Source: Chiloscyllium plagiosum (lineage: Eukaryota). Taken from it: DNA of 64,000 nt. The notes under the pieces were generated by a model that was given only the letters and a program-made list of their open reading frames with translations, was not told where the DNA came from and did no database searches. Of the stretch, positions 27,101 to 39,500 are shown piece by piece (within the stretch, counting starts at the first letter, position 1; the number at the start of each line of letters is the position of its first letter). The stretch lies in NCBI RefSeq assembly GCF_004010195.1, contig NC_057758.1:6193352-6257351 (forward strand), in the 5' to 3' direction. Both the position numbers and the translations under genes were made by a program.

Positions 27101-28985
27101 TAATTTGACCACAGCGGCGGGCTGTTTCATTGCTGCAAACTTGATTTGACATTGTAAATTTCTGGATTTATTGAGTCGGCAGTGACTTCTGATTGAATGA
27201 TATATTAGGGGATATTTTAGTACCATCTTCAGCTGCTGCCTGAACGCACATTGAGTCATGGCATACATTGTAGTTTCGGTTCAGCATCTGAGAATCTGCA
27301 GCATGAAGCGCAAATCCTGCACAATGTAAATTAGATGCATTGACTGACAACCTAAAATATGCATCCAGTATCATAAATAATATTGACAATGACAGATTAA
27401 TCGTGGAAGAGATCAGAAACAGAAAGGTTAGGGTGATGTTTTCTTTCCTGGAATTACATTTCAGTTTCTCTCCAACTCTCCCCCTTGCGGAGAGACCGGA
27501 GGCTCCTGAAGGAGTGGCTGCTCATTTAAATGTGTCTGATGTGTTTTATTTTAATGCGAAGCGTAATCATGAAAATTGCACCGTTGGCGTTCGAATGCGG
27601 TGGAGAATCATAATTTTGACCTAAACCTGAGAGAAATTGTATTACATCACAAAACCAGAGGGGTTGTGAAATTTAATGAACTGATTTCCAAAATCCGGGT
27701 CTTAGATATCTAACACTCTCCCATATGCCATTCTTTCAGTCTTTCCAGTCATTTACCCAGTCACGAGTTAAGTATTTTTAAGCAAATCTAACTGACTTTT
27801 TCGAGAGCCAGCTTCTCAGTTCAGCATACCGCAAATGGACCTCAATGTCAATAAACGCGGCCAATTACAAAACAGAACCTCAAAGGAAAGAACTTCTACG
27901 TTACTATGTGAGCCAGGAGGGTGCTGACAAGGGAGAATGAAAATTGAAACGAGACAGATCAAACACGAGCGGTGTCTCTCCCGACACATTGTTAAAATGG
28001 ACTATTAACGCAGTTAAAATCTGTTTGCAATTATCAGAATATTCTTGGTGTCCTTCCAAATTATTTATGTAAATGATCTCAATGTAAATGAAGTTAACTT
28101 AGAATATTTGAAAACTATAACAACCTGAACAACATGGCATTCCTTAGAATATTGCTGCCCGTGGGAGGTTACTTCACTTACTGTATCCCCACTAATTTTG
28201 TCAATGCAATTGACATATTTCTGAACAGTATGAATTAAAAAAAAGACTTGGAGCTCAATTTGCACGAGTGTGAGGCCAGCACAAAGATGAATCATTTCAC
28301 TGTAACACAGCAAAATGGAAATTGCTACAGAAATTCAACAGAGTTGAAAACATGAGTGGAGATATATTAACGTTTTAAATGCAGTGACCATTTTTCAGCA
28401 CAATTCTGATTAGGGAATTTGAACTGAATGAGGGAAAGGCAGGGGCGGGATAGAGGATGAGGTTCGAATCTTGAATTAAGGATCATTGTTGAAAAATAGC
28501 TGTGAGTTCTCTAATGACCTTTGGAGAAAATGCCTTCCTTACTTTGTCTGTTTTACATGTGATGCAGACCCACGGCACTGTGTTTAACACTTTACTGGTC
28601 TCTGTCAATTTTACTAACAAATACTAGTGCAGGCAGTGACACCTATATCGAGTAAATTCTTTCTTTTGAATAATTCATCGTAATGTGTTTGGCAGAATTG
28701 TTCCATGCAACAGATTAGCAGACTTTAGTTTCCTGCTTATAGCTATAAAAGTAGCTGACAGGGCCTTAAGCCATATCCCAGCCTTCTGTCCCAGCCATTC
28801 TCTTTCCCCCTTACAACTCCAATAGTGGTCACCTTATCCACTACCACCAGCATCATCATTCAAAGGACCATTATCCGCCGTTTGTATCACTCGATCAGTT
28901 TGCCACAACTAGTTATATGTTCCCCTCTGGTCCCGTGTCAAACTTCCTTAAGAAGCATTCAAGCTCAGGTTCCCTGGGTGTAATC

Positions 28986-29552
28986 TGTGACGATACTGTC
29001 ATTTTAACAAGGTAATGTTGTCCTATTTTTATTAATGAGAGGTCGTATATACAGAGGTACCGACGGGTCCAAGAAGAGCCCAGCTTTGAAATGCCAGAGG
29101 AGTGGCTGATTTTCTCAGTACAGGTTGTTTCTAGTATGGTTTAGCTGGATAGGTAAGAAAATGCTGGGTTCCAGGGTGGGTTGTCGACTCCAGAAAATCT
29201 TTCCTGACTGATGTTTTCTCTGATATATTTTTGAACGTTGTTCCTTCCTGCCAATAAGAATTTGTTTTCGAATTTACATTTTTGCCAATAGTTCTGTTTA
29301 TGGGATAATTCTTGAATTGGAAAAGTTCCTTGGCTCAGTTGCTGTACCGGGCCAGTTAAGAATTCCTTGTTCTTTTGGATGTGTTTCTACAGTTGTGTTT
29401 CCATAGATTCTGTTTTGCCTAAAGCCGAGTGGTTTGACCAGCTGCACCACACCTGGAATATCCACTTCGCATCTGCCTATAAAATGTGAAAAAATTGGGT
29501 CGAGGATACCTATTTAACATATTTTTGAGGTGCTCTGGCCTTGTCCATAACA
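28986..29552 (+). mobile_element. Solo LTR, duplicated counterpart of 5555-6142
   Basis: tgtgacgata...gtccataaca flanked by aatc/actc; about 20-bp internal deletion relative to copy 1. Confidence 0.65.
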
Positions 29553-31768
29553 ACTCCTTCTTCTCTCCCAAATCGACTCTGCAGTCTCATTGCACAGATC
29601 TGTGCAATTGTAGAATGTTTCACTCCAGTCTGTTTACTCTGTCACTCCTGACTTTCCCTTGTTCCAGACAAGGTTGTATCTTGCAATCGAGTCTTCTGTC
29701 TTCACTGATTGCAATGTCCTGCACTGCATACTGGGGAACTGAAACGCAGACCATGTTAGTGTGTTTTGTACAATGAGCTTCTGTCTACAGACATGACCAT
29801 TCTGCCCTTTGTTTCAACATACCATCGAATTTACGGGCGATCGTTCCTGTCTCAGGCTTGTTGCAGTGAAAATCAGTGCAATATGGAAAATCAGTACATC
29901 TTTTACCGAATGGGAATACTGACGCTTTCTATCAAGCTCAACAATCATTGAGATCGAGCACCTTCCTCTATGATTTCCGCCAACCCCACACAGCAGGCAG
30001 CATCATCATCTCATGTACGGATCCCACAAAATAGCCATCGTCAGCCACTTGTAGTCCTCATTGTGCCGATGCAGTCGCTATAAGAATTTCCTTTGCCCTG
30101 ATGTCTTTTCAAAGAGGGGTTGAATGAGATTTTCAGACCTGGCTACTGAAGACCACTCGAGCACTCAGCTTCCGAAGCTTTGACCTTATTCTTTAATCTT
30201 GGCCAAAATAGAACAACCTGCGTTGTGTCACAGAGAAAACGTTCTAGTTTCTTCCTGCTTTTTCAGTCTCGATTTATTCGGACACCGTTGGAGTTTCCAA
30301 CATTTGAAACCTTCAGTGAACATCTCTTAGCAGCTTCTTGACTACATTTTGATCAGATCTTTCTTCCCATTCTGGATTGGAGTATTGCATGTCACAATCT
30401 GTGCTTTAATTTTCCTTTATTTGCCAAGTGATCTGTTCACAGAACGTTTCTATCTTGGAACAGTTGACACGAAACAGAATTTATTCACCGACTACTGGAA
30501 AAACCATGAACAAAAGTGAACACGATATGGAATAACATAACCTATCTGACAAACCTTTTAACCATATCGCAAATTAATGATGGTGTTCGAATAAAAAAAG
30601 TGCATACTTCCAGTAAACACTCCATTGGCAATGAAGGGCAAAATCAAACACAGGTCTTTACAAGAGAAATGGCAGAGAACAAGATGATCAACATGGAGCT
30701 GCTTCTTTGGGTCTCCTGATAAAACCATATTATCGGTGCCAAACAGACTGGTGCATGAAAAAAAAAGCAGGAACGATCAGATTCAGTAGACAAGGTTGGA
30801 GGAAATATAGGTGAACATGTATCTCACCTGCCTCGCACTTTGGATGGAGTTGAGGGAAATGCTTTAATGACAGCTGTTGCATCTTTTGCAGAGAGACGGA
30901 AAAGTGCAGTTGGAGGAGAGATGGAAGGACTGTGGCACGTACCAAGGATTTGCAAAGAAAATGGTCCTTGTGGAAGGCAGAGATGCGTGGTGAGGGCAAG
31001 ATATTTTGGGTTGTTTGGGACCTTTTGAGGAGTTGGAGGAGAGTGTTTGAGAACAATGGAACGTTTCCATAATCCCAGAAGTCCTCCTGTTTTTTCATAC
31101 ACCCTCTGCATTCCATCATACGGATAGCCCCCATTGCATTGACTGCATTCCTCACTCCACTGCTCTCAGCAACTCCCACCACCGCTATCCAGATAGGCCT
31201 CTTGACGCCGATGCCTCTCTTCGGAATTTTGCCAGACATGTTGATTTTCTCCATTAATTATAAATTGACAATGCAACAAATATACTGTTGTACAAATTAG
31301 CATTGGCGAGAGTGTCCAGTTTCCTCCACATGTCATCCATTGTCTGAAGAGTCCTGTCTAATTTCTCATTGACGACATCTCTCCCATAATGTATCCATGC
31401 AATAGCATATTCTGATACAGTGTCCGCGAGAATTGTCAAGACATGTGATCATGCCGTAATGCGTTTTAGATTAAATGAATTTGATTGATGTTTTCAAATA
31501 GACTTCTTCGAATTTAGTGGCTGAAATTGAACCATCTGTTTTTCATATCCATGCTTAAATTCTTAACCATATTATCTTAATGTTTTGACTGCAGGATGTG
31601 CTGTACCGACTGGAATAGGTTGTGTTCACTCAACAAATTATTAGGTAAAAATAAAACAAAATATCCACCGAATGTGCTCTGGAATGTTCAAGATATGTGA
31701 ATGTGGGAATGAGGTTTGTTACATTTTATATGAAACAAGGCAAATTTATGATGGAGAAAGATCTGAAA

Positions 31769-33104
31769 CTAAAACAGTGAGGGCAGAACCATTTCTCGAC
31801 GAAATTTATTTTTTCGACTTCTGTCGAAAGTTATTTGGATTAATACCCAAGGAGATGTTACCATATTTTTAAGCTCTGTTCTGAATTTGTTCTGGGTCGC
31901 TGTATAAATACAAGGGTTCAGTAAGCAAGTAAAAAACTTCAAGATGTTTCCCACTTCAATGGCGATAAATTCAGGATTTGTGAACTTGCCTTTGTAATAA
32001 ACCGTATTTGTTATTTTTGTAACACCTAAACTCACGGCATTTGTCAACCAGAGCAAGAGAAAACTTACTGAAACTGAGAGTAATAAAATGATGAATTTTC
32101 TGCGGTTCTCCAATTCTGAGTCACACGGATTTCCACTCTTGGAGCTGCGGAATTCAGTGCGTGTTCTATTCGCCAGTACAATGCGTTGGACAGATAAGGC
32201 AATCAAAGTGAAGGGAATCCAAATGACGCAGGCGCTGTAAAACCAGATATAACCTACACCTGCAGAAGATGAAAAAAATGCTGCACTTGACCGGCAGCCC
32301 CACTGCACGTTGTTAATAATTTTCTCAGGTTCATAAGCAAACAAAACGAGAAGTTCTTTCATTACGATCACAATCGTTTTCGTAATTATCAGAATGATTG
32401 CAGTTCTTTCGGTGCAATATTTTGTTTGAAATATTTGGCAACAAATCACGACAAATCGATCAAGTGTGAAAAAAACAAGGCACCAAACAGATAAATCGGG
32501 AGTGACAGCGGTCATTTATAATGACTCTGCAAACAGGAGTATGGGACAGAAATGAAAAAGGGAAGTAGTAACTGCAGATATGATAGAATATTACATTGTT
32601 GACCAGGACCAGTAGATCCGTTGATGCCATGAGCACCGTGTAAACAGTGATACATTTGAAACGGCCACGTTTCCTTTGTGAAAGAATCCAAATTGTGGCC
32701 AAGTTCGCTATGAGACAGAAAGAAAAGCAGTGAATAATATGTCAGTGCCTGATTGAAATGAAATATTACAATGTCAGTCAATTTCATGTGCTTAACAACA
32801 TCCAGGATATATTTTGTCATCTATCGCTGAGAATAGCTTGAAAGGGATGACAAGGCCATCCAAATGTACACGGAATCATTAAGGAGCATTATTATCGCAC
32901 GAGAGAGACGAAGCAAAAGCAGGGAATATAACGCAAGGTAGACAAACCTATTCCACAAGTTAGGTATTCAGAAACGGTGACGAGAAAGAAGTTGATTAGG
33001 AAAATTTGTTTTAAAATAAGCAGAATCCACTCACCAGGAACAGCTACAGATGCAAGTAATGGGTAATAAAGCTCTTTCACCAGCAGAATTGCAGGCTTCC
33101 CCAT
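31769..33104 (-). pseudogene. Two-exon class A GPCR pseudogene of the chondrichthyan-expanded GPR139/GPR142-like family (copy 2). Exon 1 33104-33035, intron 33034-32708, exon 2 32707-31769, frameshift near 32516
   Basis: Exon 1 encodes MGKPAILLVKELYYPLLASVAVP followed by a G|GTGAG donor. Acceptor ttttctttctgtctcatag|CG continues ANLATIWILS...MASTDLLVL (TM1-2) ...HTPVCRVII, then the frame shifts into MTAVTPDLSVW..FTLDRFVVICC (DRY-like), KYCTERTA, ENRRKFIILL and NPCIYTATQNKFR (NPxxY/helix 8). There is also a 12-nt in-frame deletion near the end of TM5 relative to copy 1. Confidence 0.88.
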
Positions 33105-34855
33105 TTCATGTGACAGAGTATGGTGTCTGCAGAAGCTGAAATTCTGTGAGTACACAGAGCAGAGGGAGTCGAAGGAATCTGTATTTGTACATACTTCAAT
33201 TCTTCGGGGAAATCTCTCAGTTACATAATCACAGTCATCAAACAAATAGAATCAGGGGGGTTTATTTTGGCTGAAACAGTCGGTATAATAAAACAAGAAA
33301 TGCAAAGTGGAGAAAATTCGAGCGTATATCTACTATAATTGCAATAGGCATTCTTCATGTTTGACCTTGTCTCTGGGGCTCACAGATGGAATAACACAAA
33401 CTATTGAAAACCCGATTGACTCAATCACAAATTAATGAAGCTGATCGAAAAAAAAGTGTATTATCCCCATCAACGCCCCCTTGGCAAAAAAAAAGGTAAT
33501 ATCAAACACAGCATTTTACAAGAGAAATGGCAGAAAACGAAATGATCAGCATGGAGCTGCTTCCCTTGAACCACAGATAAAACCTAACCAGCAGCGCCAA
33601 ACAGACTGCTCCCTAATAACCCCAGGGGAGAGGGCTCGCTAGTCCGCACTCATTGTATAAGTTTTTTTTAAAAAAAATCAAGCTTAAAATATTTTCAAAT
33701 GGATAGATCCAGACATATCAGAACCTCTGCCTTTCCGATGTCTCTGAAGGAAACGGCAACATAGCATTGTAACTGAAGCAGCATCGTTCACTATCTCTAT
33801 CATTTACTCTCATAGACCCCTTCTCTCCACTTCCCACATTTAATGTTGTGCAAAAATAAATATCATTTTCCAAGCTGCGATCAGAGCTGAAGTAGGGCCT
33901 CTGGAGTAGAAAATTTTACCGCGATTTCATTGCAAAGAGGCTGCCAACCTGCTGAGAATTTCAACCGATTCCTGCTTTTGTTTCAGAATTCAAGCATCCA
34001 GATCTCTTTCGGAATTTTTCCTGATGTGCCTTGTAATTTGCATCAGAACTTCTCAGCATCATTGCAATTCAGGGCTGCTTCATTTTTTCTCATTGCTGTC
34101 CCTGTTTATGCTTTGAAAAACGAAATCGAGAAATAAACAGAGTTTGGTCGTTACTTTTAGATTGAGCGATAATGTACAACCGTAATGCATTTCAGTATCC
34201 TTCTTCTTATTCAATTGATCAGAGTTGATCCTTGGCTTTATTTCACATAATTGAATATTAGACACTTATCTGCTTCTGGATAATTAAGAATGAGCAATAT
34301 GTACTGGTCCAGTCAGAGATACCCTCATACAATGAATTAATAAATTGCATTCTGCTACAACTAACAGCTGGTAGATGGAGCAATTTATACAATATTTATT
34401 TTCACCATTATGTTTGTGCCTTAATTTTAAACCCATTCTCCCACTACATTATGCCAGTCACCATCTGGTCTTCTGGTCTCCTTATCCCGTAGACGAGATG
34501 TTTCTGATTGGTTTTTAGACCCGCAGGCACCAAGGCATGTTCTCAACAACAGTCACAAAGTCGCATCTTACCAAAATGTCTTTGAACAAGACACTTTTCA
34601 TTTCACTTCCTGAGAATGCGTGTTCATTATAATTTCCCTTAATGTAAGACCGTCTTGTGAACTCCAATAAGTCTGTCACATGTTCAGACTAAATGTTCTC
34701 GACGAATGAACATAAATTTAACATTGTATTTTCTCCCCGATATTTTCGCTTTGAGAACCATTCCACTCGTGCATGTTCTTCCAAACATTGATCCAAACTG
34801 ATGTGCAGGTGCCTTTATAATTTTAAACAATCCAAGATTATTGACTCATTCCAAT

Positions 34856-35189
34856 TAGATTAGATTAGATTACTTACAGTATGGAAACAGGCCCTTCGGC
34901 CCAACAAGTCCATACCGCCCCGCCGAAGCGCAACCCACCCATACCCCTACATTTACCCATTATCTGACACTACGGGCAATTTAGCATGGCCAATTCACCT
35001 GACCTGCACATCTTTGGACTGTGGGAGGAAACCGGAGCACCCGGAGGAAACCCACGCAGACACGGGGAGAACGTGCAAACTCCACACAGTCAGTCGCCTG
35101 AGGCGGGAATTGAACCCGGGTCTCTGGCGCTGTGAAGCAGAAGTGCTAACCACTTGCCACCGTGCCGCCCACTGCCACCGTGCCGCCCA
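34856..35189 (-). mobile_element. Young full-length HE1-like SINE, absent from the paralogous arm
   Basis: Intact A/B boxes, (tagat)n tail, caat TSD at 34852-34855 and 35190-35193; empty site at about 289-292. Confidence 0.92.
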
Positions 35190-36519
35190 CAATATTTTGA
35201 AGTAATGTTGCAACTGCTTGATTTCGTCATTCTCCTTCGCAGTTTAGAATATCTATTAGCTTTCAGTAGTGATCTTGCAAATCTTTGCCTTGAAATATCT
35301 GTAATTACGTTATTTTGTCTTTTGTGAACAAATTTCGACAGCGTTGTTCGATCAAAGCTGACACACCCTCTGCTAGCTCACGCTGCCTTACTGATTTGTA
35401 GTTTTCTGACGAGACAGCCAGAGCCTGTGCCTTTTTGACGAATGTGGAAAAAAGGCAAAATAAACTTTATAAAGTAGCAACATCATCAGATTGTGGAGAA
35501 ACTGGCGGTAGTTTCACTGGACGGTTACCACACCTCAGGCGAAAAGATGGACTGAAAAGGTCGCACCTGTGCCGTACTTACAATTTGGAGTAGGGAAGTG
35601 ATCGTCCCGTCCCCAAAATTCTGACGACATAAACACAGTTAAAATGGCAGGTTCTGCGAGGGGTCGAAACACTTTATCGGTGTACTATAGTCTCACTCGT
35701 ATTAAACTCAATCCCGGTGCCAATGAAAGCCAACACACCCAACACCTTCTTTCACCGCTGTCAACATGGGTATTCGAGTTGAGCGTACTGTGGATGAGGA
35801 CAAAAGATTCCTCCATTCGTCCACACTGAAAAAAATCCGATCTTTAACCCTGTGTTCTGAATTCAGTTTAGCTTTACCAAAAAAAATCAATGCACACTTT
35901 TCCAGGTTGAACACAATCTGCCACTTCTCAGCCCAGCTCTGCATCCTGTCAACGTACCGTTGTAACCTGAAACAGGACTCCACCCCATTATCTGCAACCT
36001 TCGTGTCATTGGAAAACTTACTGACTCACCCTTGCACTTCCTCACACAAGACATTAATAAATATCACGTAGAGAAGAGGTCCCAGAACCGATCCTTGCGT
36101 ATCACCACTGGTCACTGAACTCCAGACTGAATACTTTCAATCAACCGCCACTCTCTTTCGAATATGGGCCAACCAATTCCGTATCCAGTTAGCCAAATTT
36201 CCCTGTATCCCAAATCTCCTTACTTTATGAATGAGCCTACAATAGCGAACCTTATCAAATGCCTTGCTTAAATCCATGTACATCGCACCCACTGCTCCAC
36301 CTACATCAACGTGTTTTGTTACATTCTCAAAGAATTCAGTAAATCTTGTGAAGCATGATCTGTCTCTCACTAGGTCTTGATGACTATCTTTAATCAAGAT
36401 GTGATCTTCCAAATAATCGTAAATCCTGTTTCTCATATTATGAAGGTGCAGAGATGTACTGTACCTTTAAGAGAGTGAAGGATTCAACAAGGACACAGAG
36501 TGCTGAAAGATTTATAATG

Positions 36520-39500
36520 TAATGTTTGGTCCAGCAGTTAACATACCGGGGCTGTGATAAGACCAATAAAAATTCGAATTCGTCCAGTAAGTTTAAATTG
36601 TACACGAAATTCTAAACAACAATAAAGTTTGCATTTGGTATTCAGACAAAATATAAGCCAATGGAACGATCTGATTCTCTGAGGTATAAATATTAATCAA
36701 CTTGAAGAGTTGGGAACAAAATGCCGAAAGACTAAAAGGTGTATGCTGCGAGTCAGAACTCTCTGAGAGGTACCTGTACAGAGAAGGAGTTTGCACAGAG
36801 AAAAACATCGACACAGACCTCGATGGAGAATCTATAGTGGAAGATACCAAGAAAATAATCAACAGCCGGCTGGTTTTGAGATTTGAATTTTTCAGTAAAT
36901 ATTAATCGGTGGTTTTATTGGACCAGTCAACGAGAGGGAAATATGTCAGAGAGAGGAGATGCGCATAGTTGATAGCTAATTATTCTCAGTTAGACTTTTT
37001 AAAAAAAAACAATGTTTTTATTTTAAATTTTGACTATTATGATAGTCCTTGGCCTCTCGAATTTTAACAGTTTACAACACGGGTTAGCCTCTTTTCTGTG
37101 TTGCTTGTTTAAATTAGCAATCAGTGATTGTCATGTCGTAGCAGTTTGGAGGCTTTTGTCCTCTATTTAAACTGTTTTAGATAGATCCAGTCTGAGTTGT
37201 GCAGTAGATTAGACACATGTGAATATATTTGGGGCTACGAATAATCCCAGCAGATTTAAACACTTGTTTTGATCTTTCGCTAAAATGTAAGTGAGACAAA
37301 TTTGCCTTAATTTCGCTGACTTGTCGTTGATTAAATTAAAAGTGAGAGAAATAGCTGTTAAAATTGTTAAATACTTTCTGAGATTTTATGATGATTCTCA
37401 AATTTGCCACGCAAGTTTAGAAGGCAACAAAAAGGCGATAAGTTTAGAATTAGGAAAGAAATTGCACTTGGATTTAACCAACGAAGCACAACGCAAATTG
37501 AAATTATAAGGGAATTACTCAAACACTTCGATATGCCAGATAAACAGACAAGAGGTAGAAAAACTGAAATTAATATTTAGGAAATTGTGTTAGAGTTCAG
37601 AGAGAGGAGAAAGAGAGAGTGAGGAAAAAGAAAACAAGTAACTTCTCAGGTAAGCAAAAACAGAGAGAATTTGACCTTGAGAAGTTGCGACACATTAGCA
37701 AAATGTAGTTGACAGGATGGAGATTGAAATAAAACTTAGTAATATGTACAAATATGTCAAAATCATGCTACATTTTGATGAGAAAGATGGTGAAGCCTTC
37801 ATTATTTGATTTAAAACATATTGGCTCGGTAGATTGAGTGGTCGGAAGATTTACGAGTCATGCTATTTCAGACTAAGCTGGTAAGCAGAGCTTTTGAGAT
37901 ATTTGCTGCGCTGTTAGATGAGGGGTCAAGTAATTGTGAAGAGCTGAAACAGGAGATTGTAAGTGCTTATAAATTGGCACCAGAAGTATACAGGCAGCTG
38001 TTAAAATGTAAAGAACGAAACCAGGTCAGCCTTCTGGTGAGTTTGAAAGAATTAAACGGTTTTTTAAAAATAGGTGACTGCGTGCTTTAAAAATAGATAA
38101 GACAATTGAGACTTTCCGAGAGATGGTTCTGCTGCAGGAGTTTGAAAACTCACTTCTTGAGGTAGTACGAATTCACGTGGAGGAGCAGAAACTTCAGGAA
38201 GTGAGAAGGGCAGCATGATTACGAGATGAATACATGTTGGTGAAGTTCTTCCTTTGAGGGGGATCTGTCCCCATGAAAGAATGAGTAGAGAGAACTGATA
38301 AGAATTTGCCACATGCTAAAGAAGCCCAAGGGGGTGAATCGGAGGTGAAAGGCTTCAGGTGTTTTTACCCAAGGAAGACCAAGGAGAGGAAGAGTCAAAA
38401 CAGAGACTTCTTGGTATTTTCCGAGACTTTGTCATAACCAGATCCCACTATCATAAGTCAGAGCACGAAGCAAAAATAAAGACAAAGATCAAGCAATTGA
38501 GGTTCAGTTCGCGGACACCCTGATTGACGTAAAGATGCAGGAAAAACCTGAACAAGCAGAGGGTCAGACGGAAGTGTTTTGTCCTGAAAGGGTAAGCGGA
38601 TTGCATATATATATATATGGATGCATACTCTGATAAAGAGGCAGAGAATATTGCAGAGGGTAATTATCTGAAACATAGAATCTCAAGATGGAAATTGAGA
38701 ACTACAGCAGGTTAGTGCAGAGGAGTCATGGACCGAAGTGCACCAGATTGTTTTGCTCGTAGCATACAGACAGGAGCTGTATAGGTCCCACATTAACTGC
38801 CGGTAGGACGTCAACTGGGATACTAAAGACTCAGGCTTTAGTACAAACAAATGTTGTTGGCCTGAAATGGAATTCGATCCAATTTCCGCCTTCGAAGAAC
38901 CTGTCACACGGGTTCCAAATAAATGTGTAGGTCCCCACCCGAGACTAATAATGGGAAGTGATAATTGATAACTGTAATGGATATGCCTACCAGTTTTCTT
39001 GAGGCAATTACGTTGTGGACTATCAAGGCAAAAAGGGTAACAGAGGTGTTAGTAGCTTTCTTCATAGTGTATGGGCTACCCAGAGAGATTTGTTTGGACC
39101 AAAGGTCAAATTCTATTCTACGTTGTCTAAGGAGGTTATGGTCGCTTAGGTATACAATACTTTAAATCCAGTGCATAGACCTTGACTCGCAAGGAGCATC
39201 AGACCTTGTTGTGAGCAGACTATTAGGATTAACGGAAATTATTGGGCTAATTGTATCCCAATCGCAATGTTTGCAGTTAGAAATAAAGCAAACAAAACGA
39301 CTCAGTGCACTCCCTTTCAGTTAATATTCGGTGACAAAGTGAGAGGCGCTTGAGGTTAATTCAAGAAAAATTGGCAGGACAAAATTGGGAGATCCCACAG
39401 TTGGATTGTGTATCGTTGAGGGGGAGACTATATCGAATAAGTGAGTTAATAAATAACACCGCAAAAGGGTTCAACATTGAATGAAGCAGGTTGCAGATCA

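Larger units (their letters stand above)
24365..36524 (-). repeat. Right arm of large inverted segmental duplication
   Basis: Same GPCR, Penelope relic, solo LTR, CR1 and SINE in mirror order, with scattered substitutions and indels. Confidence 0.95.

Noticed and set aside
27335..27426. IINNIDNDRLIVEEIRNRK resembles keratin coil 1B (IDNARL) before a GT
   Set aside because: Poor acceptor, exon length and phase do not fit, and no neighbouring intermediate-filament exons.
29856..29951. CCSENQCN matches the Ly6/three-finger C-terminal CCxxxxCN motif and follows an acceptor-like site
   Set aside because: No other Ly6 cysteines or exons are visible, and the motif overlaps a short direct repeat (gaaaatcagt x2), so chance is likely.
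35100..35189. tRNA-like A/B boxes here and at 13920, 23650 and 55470
   Set aside because: These are SINE heads, not tRNA genes.
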